From a virus, in IMG/VR virus record IMGVR_UViG_3300028393_000001, positions 59,963-123,962 of that record: 64,000 nt of DNA; one strand, 5' to 3'. Positions 47,401 through 55,678 of this stretch are shown here, one piece after another. The position numbers and the translations under genes were made by a program. Below the pieces are notes generated by a model. It made no database searches and was not told the origin of the DNA. It was given only the letters and a program-made list of their open reading frames with translations. Positions within the stretch are counted from its first letter, which is position 1; the number at the start of each line of letters is the position of its first letter.

Positions 47401-50400
47401 TTTTACCATTTGTTGTTATAGTTTTTGTACCAGTGCTAGCATATAAGTTAAGACTACCAGTCATAGCTGTAAAAGTCATACTAGCAGATAATGTATAATT
47501 ACCATAAATATAATGACTTACTTGTGCTGCCAGAGTACCAGTAAATCCTGTAAAATCAACATTATTAGCTGAATCATTAGCATTTGTTATAAAACTTAGT
47601 GTTGAGGCACCAGTAAAATTAAAACTAATTGATTGAGCTTCTGATAGTGGTCCAGGAGATACACTAACTGTTCCTGATGGAGAGGTTACATTAACAACAG
47701 GAGTTCCTGTGATTGTTAAAGTTGTAACTGTACTAGTATCCCAAATATTACCTGTACCATTAACAGTTATAGAATTAGAACCAAAATTGAGTGTTCTAGG
47801 TCCACCAGCATCATTACTATTAAAAGAACCAGTTGTTATATTATAACCATTAAGAGACAGTGTTCCATAATATAATTGAACACTACTTAATGAGGTCATA
47901 ACTAGATCTGCACCTAATTGAACTGTTGCAGCAGCAATCAGAATTGAAGCTTGAATAGTTCTTGAAATCGTTATAGTTCTAAGTGTAAGATCTAGGGGAC
48001 TTGGACTAGTGCCAAATTGGATTTGTCCAGTTAATGAAGTAACAGTTCCGCCAGTGGCTGGTATGGTGCAATCTCCCAAAATATTCAATGTCAATGGCAC
48101 AGTAAAAGTACATGTTAATCCTGTTAAATCTAAAGTATAAAGACTACCAGATAATGCAACAGTATCTGTGGCACCAGAATTAATTTGAATACCAACACAC
48201 GAATTACATTTAACATCAAGTAATGGGGTGTATGATTTAATTGACGATGCTAATTTAATAGTTCTTGTTCCAATAGAACCACTATATGTACTAAGTATTT
48301 TTATTGTTCCTAAAGACCAATCACGATTAGAAGAACTTGTATCCCATATTGTTGTATTATTACCTGTTAATTGAATTAATGAAGATGTACTGAAATCAAT
48401 AAAACGTGTAGTAGTTGTACCTGATGCAATATATGCACCAGTTGTTAAAGTGTAATTATTAAGCGATAATGTTCCATCTGCATGTGCGTATGTACTTACT
48501 GTAAGTGAATTATTTAAAGTAACAGTACCTGCCGTATGCGTGAAAACAGGTGTTGTTAACGTACCGCCAGTATATGTAAATGTTCCTGCCGTGTTCATTA
48601 CAAAACTAACAGAAGAATTAATTGTTCCACTAGAAAATGTCAAATCACCAATACAGTTAAACGTTGTACAACTTATAGTTCCAATATTACTTAGTGTACT
48701 TGCGGTATATGTTGCAGTACTTGAACAAACTATATTAAATCCAGCACAATCTAAGTTACCTGACGTTTGTGCATAGGTAGTACAACTTAAAATACCTGCA
48801 AGCGTTATGGTTCCTGTTCCGCCTGTAATAACTTGAAAAGCGGCGATTGTTTTACCATTGGGAGTAACTGTAACAGTACCGCCTGCTTTTGTTAACATAT
48901 TTAAACTTAAAGCGGTAAATGTACCACCGGTAGATAATACGAACTCATTGACATATACAGCAGAAGCAGATACCATTGTAAACGCGGTTGTTCCAAAATC
49001 AAGTTTATTAAAATTACCACCTGAAATTGTTGCGGAAGTAGTACCAGTACCTGTAAATGTTAAGTTTGGTGCATTTGTTCCAAGACCGCCGCTAGTATTT
49101 CCAAAACTAAATGTTCTTGTAACCAATGCATCTGCTGTAAATCCGCCAGTACCTGTCCAAGTGAAACCGCCGGCAATTGCCATAGCCAATACTGTTTGCG
49201 CTGCGGTAGTATGAGCCAAAACAACATTATATGTTCCAAACGCAATTGAACGAGTACCTGCACCAGAAGAACTGAATATACCTGTTGTTAAATTAGCACC
49301 TAGTGTTATGGTACCAGCTGTTAATGTATAAGTGCCGGTAGCGGTTAAAGCATATGCTTTATTAAAAGTTACGTTACCAAATGTATGTGTAAATGTAGGT
49401 ACAGCACTTAATACAGCTGTACCGCTGTAAGTAAATGTTCCTGCCGTGTTCATTACAAAACTAACACTAGGTGTAATTGTTCCACTAGAAAATGTCAACT
49501 CACCAGTACAGTTAAATGTTGTACAAGTAATGGTTCCAATATTGCTTAATATTCCTGAGTTATATGTGGCTGTTGAACTACACGTTAAGTTGAATGTAGC
49601 AAAGTTAATTGTACCAGCTACCGGGGCATTCATTATGAATGATGTTACACTCAGTGCAGCCGACAATGTGACTGTGCCAGAACCATTAACGCTAAATGCT
49701 GCTATAGCTTTACCATTAGGTGTAATAGTACCTGTACCAGCTGCTGTTATTGATAAGTTGGTATATGTACCGCCAGCTGCTAAAGTTAGATTACCAGTGA
49801 CGTTTACTGTTGATATTGCTGGAGTTGCAGTTGATCCAGTAAAATCTAAATTATTAAACCAACTAGCCGTAGTAATAGTTGGTATAGCTGCGCCAGCAGT
49901 TATTGCTAGATTGGGCGATGTTGTTATAGAACCGCCTGTTGTTGATCCGCATGTAAATGATCTTGTAACAGAACCGTTTGCTGTAAAACCACCAGTACCT
50001 GACCAAGTAAAGTTGGTCAAATCTGCCATACTCAATACTACAGTAGCAGCAGTTGGATGTACTAAAACAATACTGAATGTACTAAAAGCAATTGAACGAA
50101 CTCCAGTACCAGTAGAACTGAATATACCTATTGTTAAATTACTGCCTAGTGTTAGTGTACCTGCTGTTAGGGTATAAGTGCCGGTAGCGGTTAAAGTATA
50201 CGCTTTATTAAAAGTTACGTTACCAGCTGTATGTGTAAATGTAGGTACTGCACTTAATACAGCTGTACCGCTGTAAGTAAATGTTCCTGCTGTATTTACA
50301 AAACTAGTTGAAGGTGTGATTGTTCCACTAGAAAAATCAAATGTGCCTGAGTTAGTAAATATTGTACAAGTAATAGTTCCAATATTGCTTAATGTACCGC

Positions 50401-53400
50401 TAGTATACGTAGCTGCGCCTGAACAAATTATATTAAATCCAGCACAGTCTAAATTACCTGCAGTTTGAGTAAATGTACTAGTAGTTACTGGGCCCGTCAA
50501 TGTTGAGATTGTAATAAGTCCAACATTCTGAAAGCCGGCAATCGTTTTGCCGTTAGTTGTGATGTTTTTAACAACAGCGCCATCATGTTGGTTACCAATT
50601 CTTAAAGTTACACCAGTGTATGTTCCACCAGTTGATAAAATTAGTCCACTTACAGTTATTTGACCTGTTGTAACAGAACAAGTAGTTGTTCCAAAATCAA
50701 GATTATTAAAGTCGCTATTAGTTAATGTTTGAGTTTGATTACCACTACCAGTATATGTTACATTAAAACCCCCTAAAGTACCACTAGCTGTAGATCCAAC
50801 TGCAATTGTTCTTGTAACTGATGCATCTGTTAAAAATCCACCTGTACCTGTCCAAGTAAAATTTGTACCATTTACAACGTTTAATACAGTTTGTGCTGCT
50901 GTAGGGTGATTCAATACAATATTGTTTGTACCAAACGCAATAGAACGTACACCAGTACCAGCAGACGTAAATATACCTGTTGTTAAGTTGCCGCCTAATG
51001 TTAATGTACCTGCTGTTAGGGTATATGTTCCTGTAGTAGTTAATGAATAATTTGTATTAATTGTTACTGAGCCTGCTGTATGCGTAAACGTTGGTACTGC
51101 TGATAAACCACCGGCTGCAGAAAAATTAACTGTAAGAGAACCTGAAGTTATAACAATACTTGTTGAAATTATCCAAGAACAGCCTGCAGCTATACTATAT
51201 GTACTACCTGCAATTGTAAGTGTAGTACATTGAACCTGTCCATTGTTGGATAATGTTCCACCATTGAGTGTACATGTGCTACTACAAATAAGTATACAAT
51301 TACTTTCTGTAACTACTGTACCAGCTGTTACAGCTAAGGTAGTACATCTATTAGTGTTACCATTAAGAAATGTTGTAGTTACAAGAACATTATTAACAAT
51401 CACAGGACCTATGCTGATACCAGCATATATAGTACCTGTACCAACCATATTTGAAGTTAGTGCAGTGAGCACACTTGTAGTTGAAGAAGTTGTTAAATTA
51501 ACTAAATTTATAGTTGTTGCAGCAATAGTAAAAGCAGTAGTACCAAAATTAAGTTCACCAAACCAACTACCTGTTGTCAGTGTAGGAGCTGATATACCAC
51601 TAGCCAAATAAAGGCCAGGTGCATTTGTTGCAGTACCACCAGTAGTTCCAAATGTAAATGTTCTGGTAACTGCCATTATTGAATGGAAACAGCCAGTTCC
51701 TGAGCCAAAAGTACCTGAAGTAGTATATGTAAAACCAGTAACTGTAGCCATATTTAATACAACAGTCGCAAGCGTAGTATGTTGTAAAGAAATAGTACCA
51801 GTTCCAAAATAAATTGCTCTTGTGTTTGTATTTGATGAACTAAATGCACCTGTTAATAAACCAAAATTATTAAGGTTTAATGTACCAGTTGTTAATGTGG
51901 TTGTACCTGTAAGAATTGTTGCAAACGCTGATGATAAAGTAACTGTTCCTGCAGTATTAATATTTAGTGCAGCTAAACCACCTGATGATAATCCAGAACT
52001 AGTAAGGGTACCAGTTGCTATCATGTTTACGGTTACTGCATTATAACTACTACTAGCTGATAGATTTAAATTTCCAGTAATATTTAATGTTGCTGCTGCA
52101 GGGATGCCAGCAGTTGTACCAAAATCTAAATTATTAAAATAACTACCTGTTGTAATTGTTGGGATAGCTGCACTTGTACCTGTAAAGGTTAAATTTGGTG
52201 CAGTTACTAAGGCTCCACCAGTTGTACCAAATACTAGAGTTCTAGTTACAGCCATGTCTGTAATGAAGTTTTGAGTTCCTGTGAACGTATAACCTGTAAC
52301 AATAGCCATATTTAGCACAGTTGTTGCAGCTGTGCTATGTGTTAAAGTAATAGTACTAGTCCCGAACTGAATAGCTCTTGTATTTGTATTTGATGAACTA
52401 AATGCACCTGTTAATAAATTAAAACCATTTAGGTTTAATGTACCAGCCGTTAGTGTAGTTGTACCAAGTACCGTCACTGCAAATGCTGATAGTAAAGTAA
52501 CTGTTCCAGTAGTATTAATATTTAACCCAACCAGTGCGCCAGCAGATGTTCCAGAACCAGTAAGAGTACCAGTTGCTATCATGTTTACGGTTAATACACT
52601 ATAATTACCACTAGTTGATAGATTTAAATTTCCGGTAATATTTATGGTAGTTGGTCCGGCCACCGAATTGGCAGTTGTAGTAAAATCTAAATTATTAAAA
52701 TAACTACCTGTTGTAAGTCCGATACTACTTGTGCCACCTCCTGTAAAGGTTAAATTTGGTGCAGTTACTAAGGCTCCACCAGTTGTACCAAAAGTAAATG
52801 TTCTACCCCCTGCCGTATCTGAAATAAAGTTTTGAGTTCCTGTGAACGTATAACCTGTAACAATAGCCATAGTTAATACAGGAACGGCACCTCCTGTTAA
52901 AGTAACACTATAAGTACCAAATGCAATTGAACGAGTATTTACATTACTAGAATTTAATATACCAACTGATAAATTACCGCCTAATGTTAATGAACCAGCA
53001 GTAAGTGTATATGTACAATTAGTTGGTAATGTCCATGCAATAGTTGACGATACTGTACCATTAGTTTGTATAAATGCAGGGCCTGTTAGTGTACCTCCAC
53101 TATTTGTGTATATACCAGAAGTAATAGTAAAACTTGAACTACTAGAAATAGTACCTGAAGTATGGGTAAATGTTGGCCCATTTAATGTAAATGTTATACA
53201 CTGAAGTGTACCACTTGTAATATCTAAACTACCACTGTTCCATGTAGCTGTGTTTGAGCAAATTAGAGAACTTGCAGCACCAAGTACCAAAGAGCCTTGT
53301 GTTACTGTTAATGTGGTACATCTACTTGTATTGCCTGCTTGAGCGGTAGTAGTTGCACCAACCGTATTTATAATTAATGGTCCTATAGTATTTTGTGTAT

Positions 53401-54298
53401 TAATTGTTCCGGTTCCTACCATATTGGCTGTTAAGCTGGTAAGAACACATGTAGAATTATTGTAAATATTAACTAAATTAAGAGTTGTTGCTATAGCTGT
53501 ATATGCTGTTGTGCCAAAATTAATTTCATTAAACCAACTACCCGTTGTCAATGTTGCAACTGCAACACCACTAACTAAATAAAGTTTTGGAGCATTTATT
53601 GCCGAACCACTAGTAGTTCCAAACGTAAATGTTCTGGTAACCGACATTGTGGATTGAAAACCCCCTGTTCCTGATCCAAAAGTACCGCTACTTGTATATG
53701 TAAAATTGGTTACATCCGCCATGCTCAACACAGTTTGTGCAGCTGTAGTATGAGCTAAAATAATATTATTGGAACCAAATGCAATTGAACGTGTATTAAT
53801 GATACTAGAACTGAATATACCAGTAGTTAGATCAAAACCATTAAGAGATAATGCACCGTTAGTTAATGTAGTAGTCTGTGTTGCACCAGTTGTTAATGCG
53901 CTAGTCAAACTCCAGCCACCACCTACTCCATTGAATGTAATAGGAGCATTTATTGTTGTTCCGCCAGTACCAATTGTTTTACCAGTTATTGTACTGTTAA
54001 ATGTTATTGCACCAGTACTAGTCCAAGTCATAGCTATCAATGACATAGAACCTGAAATTGCAAGTGTAGGTGTTGTACCTATTGCAAACGTGACAGTGCC
54101 TGCCGATACCGTAATATCTTGGCAAGTTAAAGCTCCCGTCATTGTAACTGTATAAGTACCTGGTTGGTCAAATATAACATTGTCAGCTGCAGTAGGAACA
54201 CTTGCACCGCCTGTTACTGCACCTGATGTAGTAGCCCAGTTAGTAGTTAAAGTAGTATTCCATGTACCTGCACCGCCTCTCCAATATCTATCTGCCAT
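38438..54298 (-). CDS. giant 5286-aa T/G/S-rich repeat protein with two LamG-like domains (fibre/adhesin)
   Basis: Uninterrupted 15.9-kb ORF with AGGAG SD; long repeats; FT.ECWF..WYH.A..R..GYISN.R LamG motifs twice. Confidence 0.85.
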   Translation of the reverse strand: MADRYWRGGAGTWNTTLTTNWATTSGAVTGGASVPTAADNVIFDQPGTYTVTMTGALTCQDITVSAGTVTFAIGTTPTLAISGSMSLIAMTWTSTGAITFNSTITGKTIGTGGTTINAPITFNGVGGGWSLTSALTTGATQTTTLTNGALSLNGFDLTTGIFSSSIINTRSIAFGSNNIILAHTTAAQTVLSMADVTNFTYTSSGTFGSGTGGFQSTMSVTRTFTFGTTSGSAINAPKLYLVSGVAVATLTTGSWFNEINFGTTAYTAIATTLNLVNIYNNSTCVLTSLTANMVGTGTINTQNTIGPLIINTVGATTTAQAGNTSRCTTLTVTQGSLVLGAASSLICSNTATWNSGSLDITSGTLQCITFTLNGPTFTHTSGTISSSSSFTITSGIYTNSGGTLTGPAFIQTNGTVSSTIAWTLPTNCTYTLTAGSLTLGGNLSVGILNSSNVNTRSIAFGTYSVTLTGGAVPVLTMAIVTGYTFTGTQNFISDTAGGRTFTFGTTGGALVTAPNLTFTGGGTSSIGLTTGSYFNNLDFTTTANSVAGPTTINITGNLNLSTSGNYSVLTVNMIATGTLTGSGTSAGALVGLNINTTGTVTLLSAFAVTVLGTTTLTAGTLNLNGFNLLTGAFSSSNTNTRAIQFGTSTITLTHSTAATTVLNMAIVTGYTFTGTQNFITDMAVTRTLVFGTTGGALVTAPNLTFTGTSAAIPTITTGSYFNNLDFGTTAGIPAAATLNITGNLNLSASSSYNAVTVNMIATGTLTSSGLSSGGLAALNINTAGTVTLSSAFATILTGTTTLTTGTLNLNNFGLLTGAFSSSNTNTRAIYFGTGTISLQHTTLATVVLNMATVTGFTYTTSGTFGSGTGCFHSIMAVTRTFTFGTTGGTATNAPGLYLASGISAPTLTTGSWFGELNFGTTAFTIAATTINLVNLTTSSTTSVLTALTSNMVGTGTIYAGISIGPVIVNNVLVTTTFLNGNTNRCTTLAVTAGTVVTESNCILICSSTCTLNGGTLSNNGQVQCTTLTIAGSTYSIAAGCSWIISTSIVITSGSLTVNFSAAGGLSAVPTFTHTAGSVTINTNYSLTTTGTYTLTAGTLTLGGNLTTGIFTSAGTGVRSIAFGTNNIVLNHPTAAQTVLNVVNGTNFTWTGTGGFLTDASVTRTIAVGSTASGTLGGFNVTYTGSGNQTQTLTNSDFNNLDFGTTTCSVTTGQITVSGLILSTGGTYTGVTLRIGNQHDGAVVKNITTNGKTIAGFQNVGLITISTLTGPVTTSTFTQTAGNLDCAGFNIICSGAATYTSGTLSNIGTITCTIFTNSGTFDFSSGTITPSTSFVNTAGTFTYSGTAVLSAVPTFTHTAGNVTFNKAYTLTATGTYTLTAGTLTLGSNLTIGIFSSTGTGVRSIAFSTFSIVLVHPTAATVVLSMADLTNFTWSGTGGFTANGSVTRSFTCGSTTGGSITTSPNLAITAGAAIPTITTASWFNNLDFTGSTATPAISTVNVTGNLTLAAGGTYTNLSITAAGTGTITPNGKAIAAFSVNGSGTVTLSAALSVTSFIMNAPVAGTINFATFNLTCSSTATYNSGILSNIGTITCTTFNCTGELTFSSGTITPSVSFVMNTAGTFTYSGTAVLSAVPTFTHTFGNVTFNKAYALTATGTYTLTAGTITLGANLTTGIFSSSGAGTRSIAFGTYNVVLAHTTAAQTVLAMAIAGGFTWTGTGGFTADALVTRTFSFGNTSGGLGTNAPNLTFTGTGTTSATISGGNFNKLDFGTTAFTMVSASAVYVNEFVLSTGGTFTALSLNMLTKAGGTVTVTPNGKTIAAFQVITGGTGTITLAGILSCTTYAQTSGNLDCAGFNIVCSSTATYTASTLSNIGTISCTTFNCIGDLTFSSGTINSSVSFVMNTAGTFTYTGGTLTTPVFTHTAGTVTLNNSLTVSTYAHADGTLSLNNYTLTTGAYIASGTTTTRFIDFSTSSLIQLTGNNTTIWDTSSSNRDWSLGTIKILSTYSGSIGTRTIKLASSIKSYTPLLDVKCNSCVGIQINSGATDTVALSGSLYTLDLTGLTCTFTVPLTLNILGDCTIPATGGTVTSLTGQIQFGTSPSPLDLTLRTITISRTIQASILIAAATVQLGADLVMTSLSSVQLYYGTLSLNGYNITTGSFNSNDAGGPRTLNFGSNSITVNGTGNIWDTSTVTTLTITGTPVVNVTSPSGTVSVSPGPLSEAQSISFNFTGASTLSFITNANDSANNVDFTGFTGTLAAQVSHYIYGNYTLSASMTFTAMTGSLNLYASTGTKTITTNGKTIPGSIYIGNGSNVTYNLGSALSCTNIFCFRGTFNTNNYNITCTNIATSLGFPTIFNLGSSTINLSGYFQTYENTTFNAGTSQINLSGVSSSTIINNGSSNKTFYNVSFTPAQSPDSITTITGTNTYNNLNFTNPTTTGTVTVSITGTQTINGILSNTSTLSSGRLLLQSSTTGTQITLSAATLSLTDIDFKDINATGTASPFTGTRLGNLGNNTNITFVARTLYWSLTAGGTWNAIAWAESSGGTPSVNNFPLPQDVCIVDNTGLTTGNTITINGNYSIGTLDMSSRNLSMTLNILNNFNVYGDIKTGVNSTVSGSAIGVIFLGNAVTQTLLIGGTFQPDIIVNSSNTTVYWQSGNLSATSQFTLVTGVLQLGANVSTGIFSSNNTNIRSIQFGSYTIELTSPNAGTTVLVMNQANNFTFTASGTGGFYSNMTITRGFNFGSVSGGSTSNAPSLRLTGSSVPALVTSSLFNILDLSGTGAVTVPTTNLKLNSLLLSSGGNFTNLTVTFIGTGTINSAGNSTLPSFTINCTTGTVTLAAPLTVAVNSTVTLTTGTLNLAGFTLTTGIFSSNNTLFRTIAFGTGNIILAHTTTSINVLDMAYSSGLTVTGTGGFVSAMSVDRTFTSGSANATPGSVLLDGTSQYLTAPVGASSWGTGDFTAECWFYKTSATDGTLLTNAESSGTSYWELFTRSGGTIGFQLRDSSSQAYVEGSIAISLGTWYHVAVTRQSGLVKLFVNGVLDNSATITKTVTARKTIIGSFQYPGFLDYFAGYISNIRLVTGVAVYTGNFTTPTGLFTSTQTANPFGGVNTGAITGSQTSLLLNTSFGSGSSDSSINNFTITNTGASVFVSSAPTFTNTVSGTPVNLSIYSGVSIPTLSINSLFNNLNFSGSTSIPASTVVSVYGDLTLATGGTYTALGIIMNGTGTITPNGKTIGAFTVNTSGTITLAGAFGCTSYTQTLGTMNFAGFNLTDTGTVTFTGGTLSNIGTLTCTTFTVNGATFVFSSGTITPSTSFVLTSGSFTYSGTAVLSAVPLFTHTAGSVTFNKAYSLTATGQYTLSAGSITLGANLTTGIIYSPTTNIRSIAFNTYYIFLATTAASNTVLNITDLTNFTPTGTGGFSTIMSTIRSFDSGITAGGSITSAPNLFITGGAASPPQFGPGCWFNNLDFTGNTGALSGSSINITGNLTLAAGSTYISQGFTMAGTGTITPNGKTVAAFTVNTLGTVTLAGAFGCTSYVQTSGTINFAGFNLTDTGTVSYTGGTLSNIGTLTCTTFTVNGPAFVFSSGTITPSTSFVLTSGSFTYSNTAVLSAVTLFTHTAGSVTFNKAYALTATGTYTLTAGTLILADSVTLTTGIFSSNSNSVRSITFGTTTAGNINLTHTTAATTVLNIQGTNITCPGLGGFTVADMSVTRSFVQAVTTVNPNLTFTTGASVATINSSFFNNLNFGTTTFAVPSTGITCSGSLILSGTGSYTLLSVTMTGTGNLNINGAALTTSTGLGGLTINTVGTITLQTAFPILITATTTLTTGTLNLNGFTLTTGIFSSSNSNTRAIQFGIGNIVLAHTTAAITVLNIATLTNFTWTGTGSFQTDASITRTVTAGLTGGSLTNAPNLSLTGSGTAVVTISNNNWYKNLDFGSTAFTAAASTLNIAGNLTLSSGAGIFTALAINAVGTGTITPNGKTIGAFTVNTSGTITLAGAFGCTSYTQTLGTMNFATFTLTDTGTVTYAGGTLSNIGIITCTTFTVNGPSFTFSSGTITPSTSFVLTTGSFTYNSPAVLSSVATFTHTAGTVTLNQSLGLTVTGTYALTAGTLTLADGVTLNTGIFFSSNANTRSINFGSLSAGNINLTHTTTATTVLSMAIVTGFTYTGPGGFTVADMANTRTLTYGTTGGSLSTAVNLTFTTGAFVATLTTASWFKNLNFGTTIFNPGTTTLNIVGNLTLSSGGVYTSTTINPLVSGTYIFNSASLGPFIVNTLGITITLGSAGASTTLAVTLGTLDFAGFNFTCSSTATYNGGTLSNIGTLTCTTFTNSGTFVFSSGTITPSVSFVNTTAGTFTYSGTAVLGAVPAFTHTAGSVTFNKAYALTATGTYTLTAGTLTLGSNLTTGIFSSSNVNTRAISFSTNNIVLATTTATAVNLSMAVTTGFTWDNTSTGGFTAAADITRTFQFGVTTAGGMEPNLTFTGSGTAIQTLTTSSWFKILNFGTTAFTIPTTSVNVNSLLLSSTSTYTGLSVTMFRTGTITPNGKTIAAFTIINVVGDPTITTLASALSCTTYTQTSGTIDFATFNLTCSGTATYTAGTLSNIGTITCTTFTNSGTFNFSNGTIIPSVSFVNATGTFTYSGTAVLGAVPSFNHTAGSVTFNKAYASTNTGGYSLTAGTLTLGSNLTIGQFFSSNANTRVISFGSNNIILNYPTGLAYALQMSNVTGLTCTGTGGFQTDASVTRTIQLGATAGGSATSAPNLTLTTGSSVITFITGSWFNNLNFGTTSFAITTTTLNIVGNLTLSSTGTFTVMSIIASGTGTFTNQGKTISGLTLNTIGTITLADAMIVSGTITLMSGTFNTSSFTLTSSNFSGTTFPNATASLTGSSTYNITGSGTAFTSVISSSTSLLLSTQNADNFTTDSSSNALTVTNNNSATFNSLTPLSGIGSILLDGTTQYLSIPGPNSSVLDLATGAPNWTIECWFNKNNITTDGALFGKDGTVNFVNESYGAFIQGSGADQGKIQWFIGDGIGPTAVAIENYPTVITPNTWYHFALVRQGNIFTGYLNGVPGTPQTGSGTMGQQGGNLNIGAWADSTYRLGFGGYISNFRITKGAALYTTSFTVPTSPLTSWISSTSSPIIITGLTLNMSSASAKTFTGSGGNYSTLNQGGSGALTVLGNNTFADITATTKPSTISFEAGSTQTVNNFTASGTSGNLVTINSTIPGTQFTLTRNTGITNTDYLSIRDSNATSSGTGSWYAGNNSTNVSNNLGWVFAISTPGKFFNFFFFD

Positions 54299-54301
54299 AG
54301 A

Positions 54302-54502
54302 CTACTCCTGAGTAGGCATTGCATTAATTACTGCATACCAATTATTATATCTATCCTGTTGCATATCTGAAATTTGTTGCTGATTTAGTTGACCATACTC
54401 TGTCTCAGTAAACCATAAGGCGTCTCTAAAAGTATTAGTACCATCGGTTTTTTCAAAAATTATTTGTACTTTACCATCAGTTATGTTTATAATATCATTC
54501 AT
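54302..54502 (-). CDS. small hypothetical protein (possible fibre chaperone)
   Basis: F.DAL......M.Q.R..NW motif, between fibre genes. Confidence 0.65.
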   Translation of the reverse strand: MNDIINITDGKVQIIFEKTDGTNTFRDALWFTETEYGQLNQQQISDMQQDRYNNWYAVINAMPTQE

Positions 54503-54513
54503 AATTATCTTCC

Positions 54514-55629
54514 TTAAAATCCAAAATTCTTAGCAATTAATTGCCACTTTGATATATCTGAGCTATAAATAAACCCCATATAGTCGTACTTATTTCCTCC
54601 TGATGTTACACTAGGAAGTGTTGAATCAGTTGATCCACTAAATGCAGCATTCCAGGAGAATGTCTGTACGTTAGTAGATTTAATTTTAAGGATAAGTTTT
54701 TGTCCATTCACAGGAGTACCTGTAACGGCATTTATACTAAGTGTGCCAGTTGCTTGAGTATTAGTTTGAAAAGCTGTATCAGTTGTATCACAATTAATAG
54801 TAATAGAAACTCCATCTATTATGGTTGCTACTCTATTACCTAATGTAACTGTAACGTCACTTCCAACTGTACTAGATGATATATTTTGACCAGTAAAATT
54901 TATACTAGTTAATGAGGTTGTTAAGTCTGTTCCTCTATTTTTAACTGTAATAGGTGATACTTTTAAATTTTTAACGTATAAGTCGCCTCCGCTAAAACGG
55001 AAATCTGTACCATCATAAAAAAGATAACGATTATTACCTGAAGGAGTAAAATAAATTGCAGCAGTATTAGCACCACTACGGTATAAGGTTATATCACCAC
55101 TACTGGCAAGACCAATTACACCTGTACTATTAACTGTAAAACCTGTACCAACATAAGAATTTGAAACATTTAAAGAATTAGCAGTTGTAGACGTAGCTGC
55201 AGTACCATCAATACTAACACCAGTTAGTGTTTGTGATCCAGTAGTTCTACTAAGAGAAATACTTGTAGTACCTATAAATACTACATTAGTAGTAGCCAGT
55301 TTATTATTAAAAGTTGTCCAATCAGTACTACTTAACACACCTCTATTACTAGCTGAAGCAGTAGGGATATTTAAAGTAATAACTGGTGTAGTTGTACTAT
55401 CAGCTACGGTTGAGGTAACATCAGTCCCACTTGATCCAATAGTCAAGGCTGCAACTGATGTTACTGTTCCGTTTCCACCACCAAAAGAACCAATAGTGGT
55501 TCCGTCAGCTTTTTTGTAATAAAGTACACCATCTTGGTAATTTAAAGCGAGTTCTCCAAACGCCAAATCACCGATAGCCGGCACGCGAGCAGCTATCGAT
55601 GATTTTTTAAGTATGACTTGAGTTGTCAT
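54514..55629 (-). CDS. tail fibre-like protein
   Basis: LKKSS....P...L..GELALN..DG.LYYK N-terminal motif; GVLSSTDWTTFNNK. Confidence 0.8.
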   Translation of the reverse strand: MTTQVILKKSSIAARVPAIGDLAFGELALNYQDGVLYYKKADGTTIGSFGGGNGTVTSVAALTIGSSGTDVTSTVADSTTTPVITLNIPTASASNRGVLSSTDWTTFNNKLATTNVVFIGTTSISLSRTTGSQTLTGVSIDGTAATSTTANSLNVSNSYVGTGFTVNSTGVIGLASSGDITLYRSGANTAAIYFTPSGNNRYLFYDGTDFRFSGGDLYVKNLKVSPITVKNRGTDLTTSLTSINFTGQNISSSTVGSDVTVTLGNRVATIIDGVSITINCDTTDTAFQTNTQATGTLSINAVTGTPVNGQKLILKIKSTNVQTFSWNAAFSGSTDSTLPSVTSGGNKYDYMGFIYSSDISKWQLIAKNFGF

Positions 55630-55678
55630 TGTGGCTCCTAAAAAGGTTTTACTTAACTATAGAGTTAAGTTTATAATT

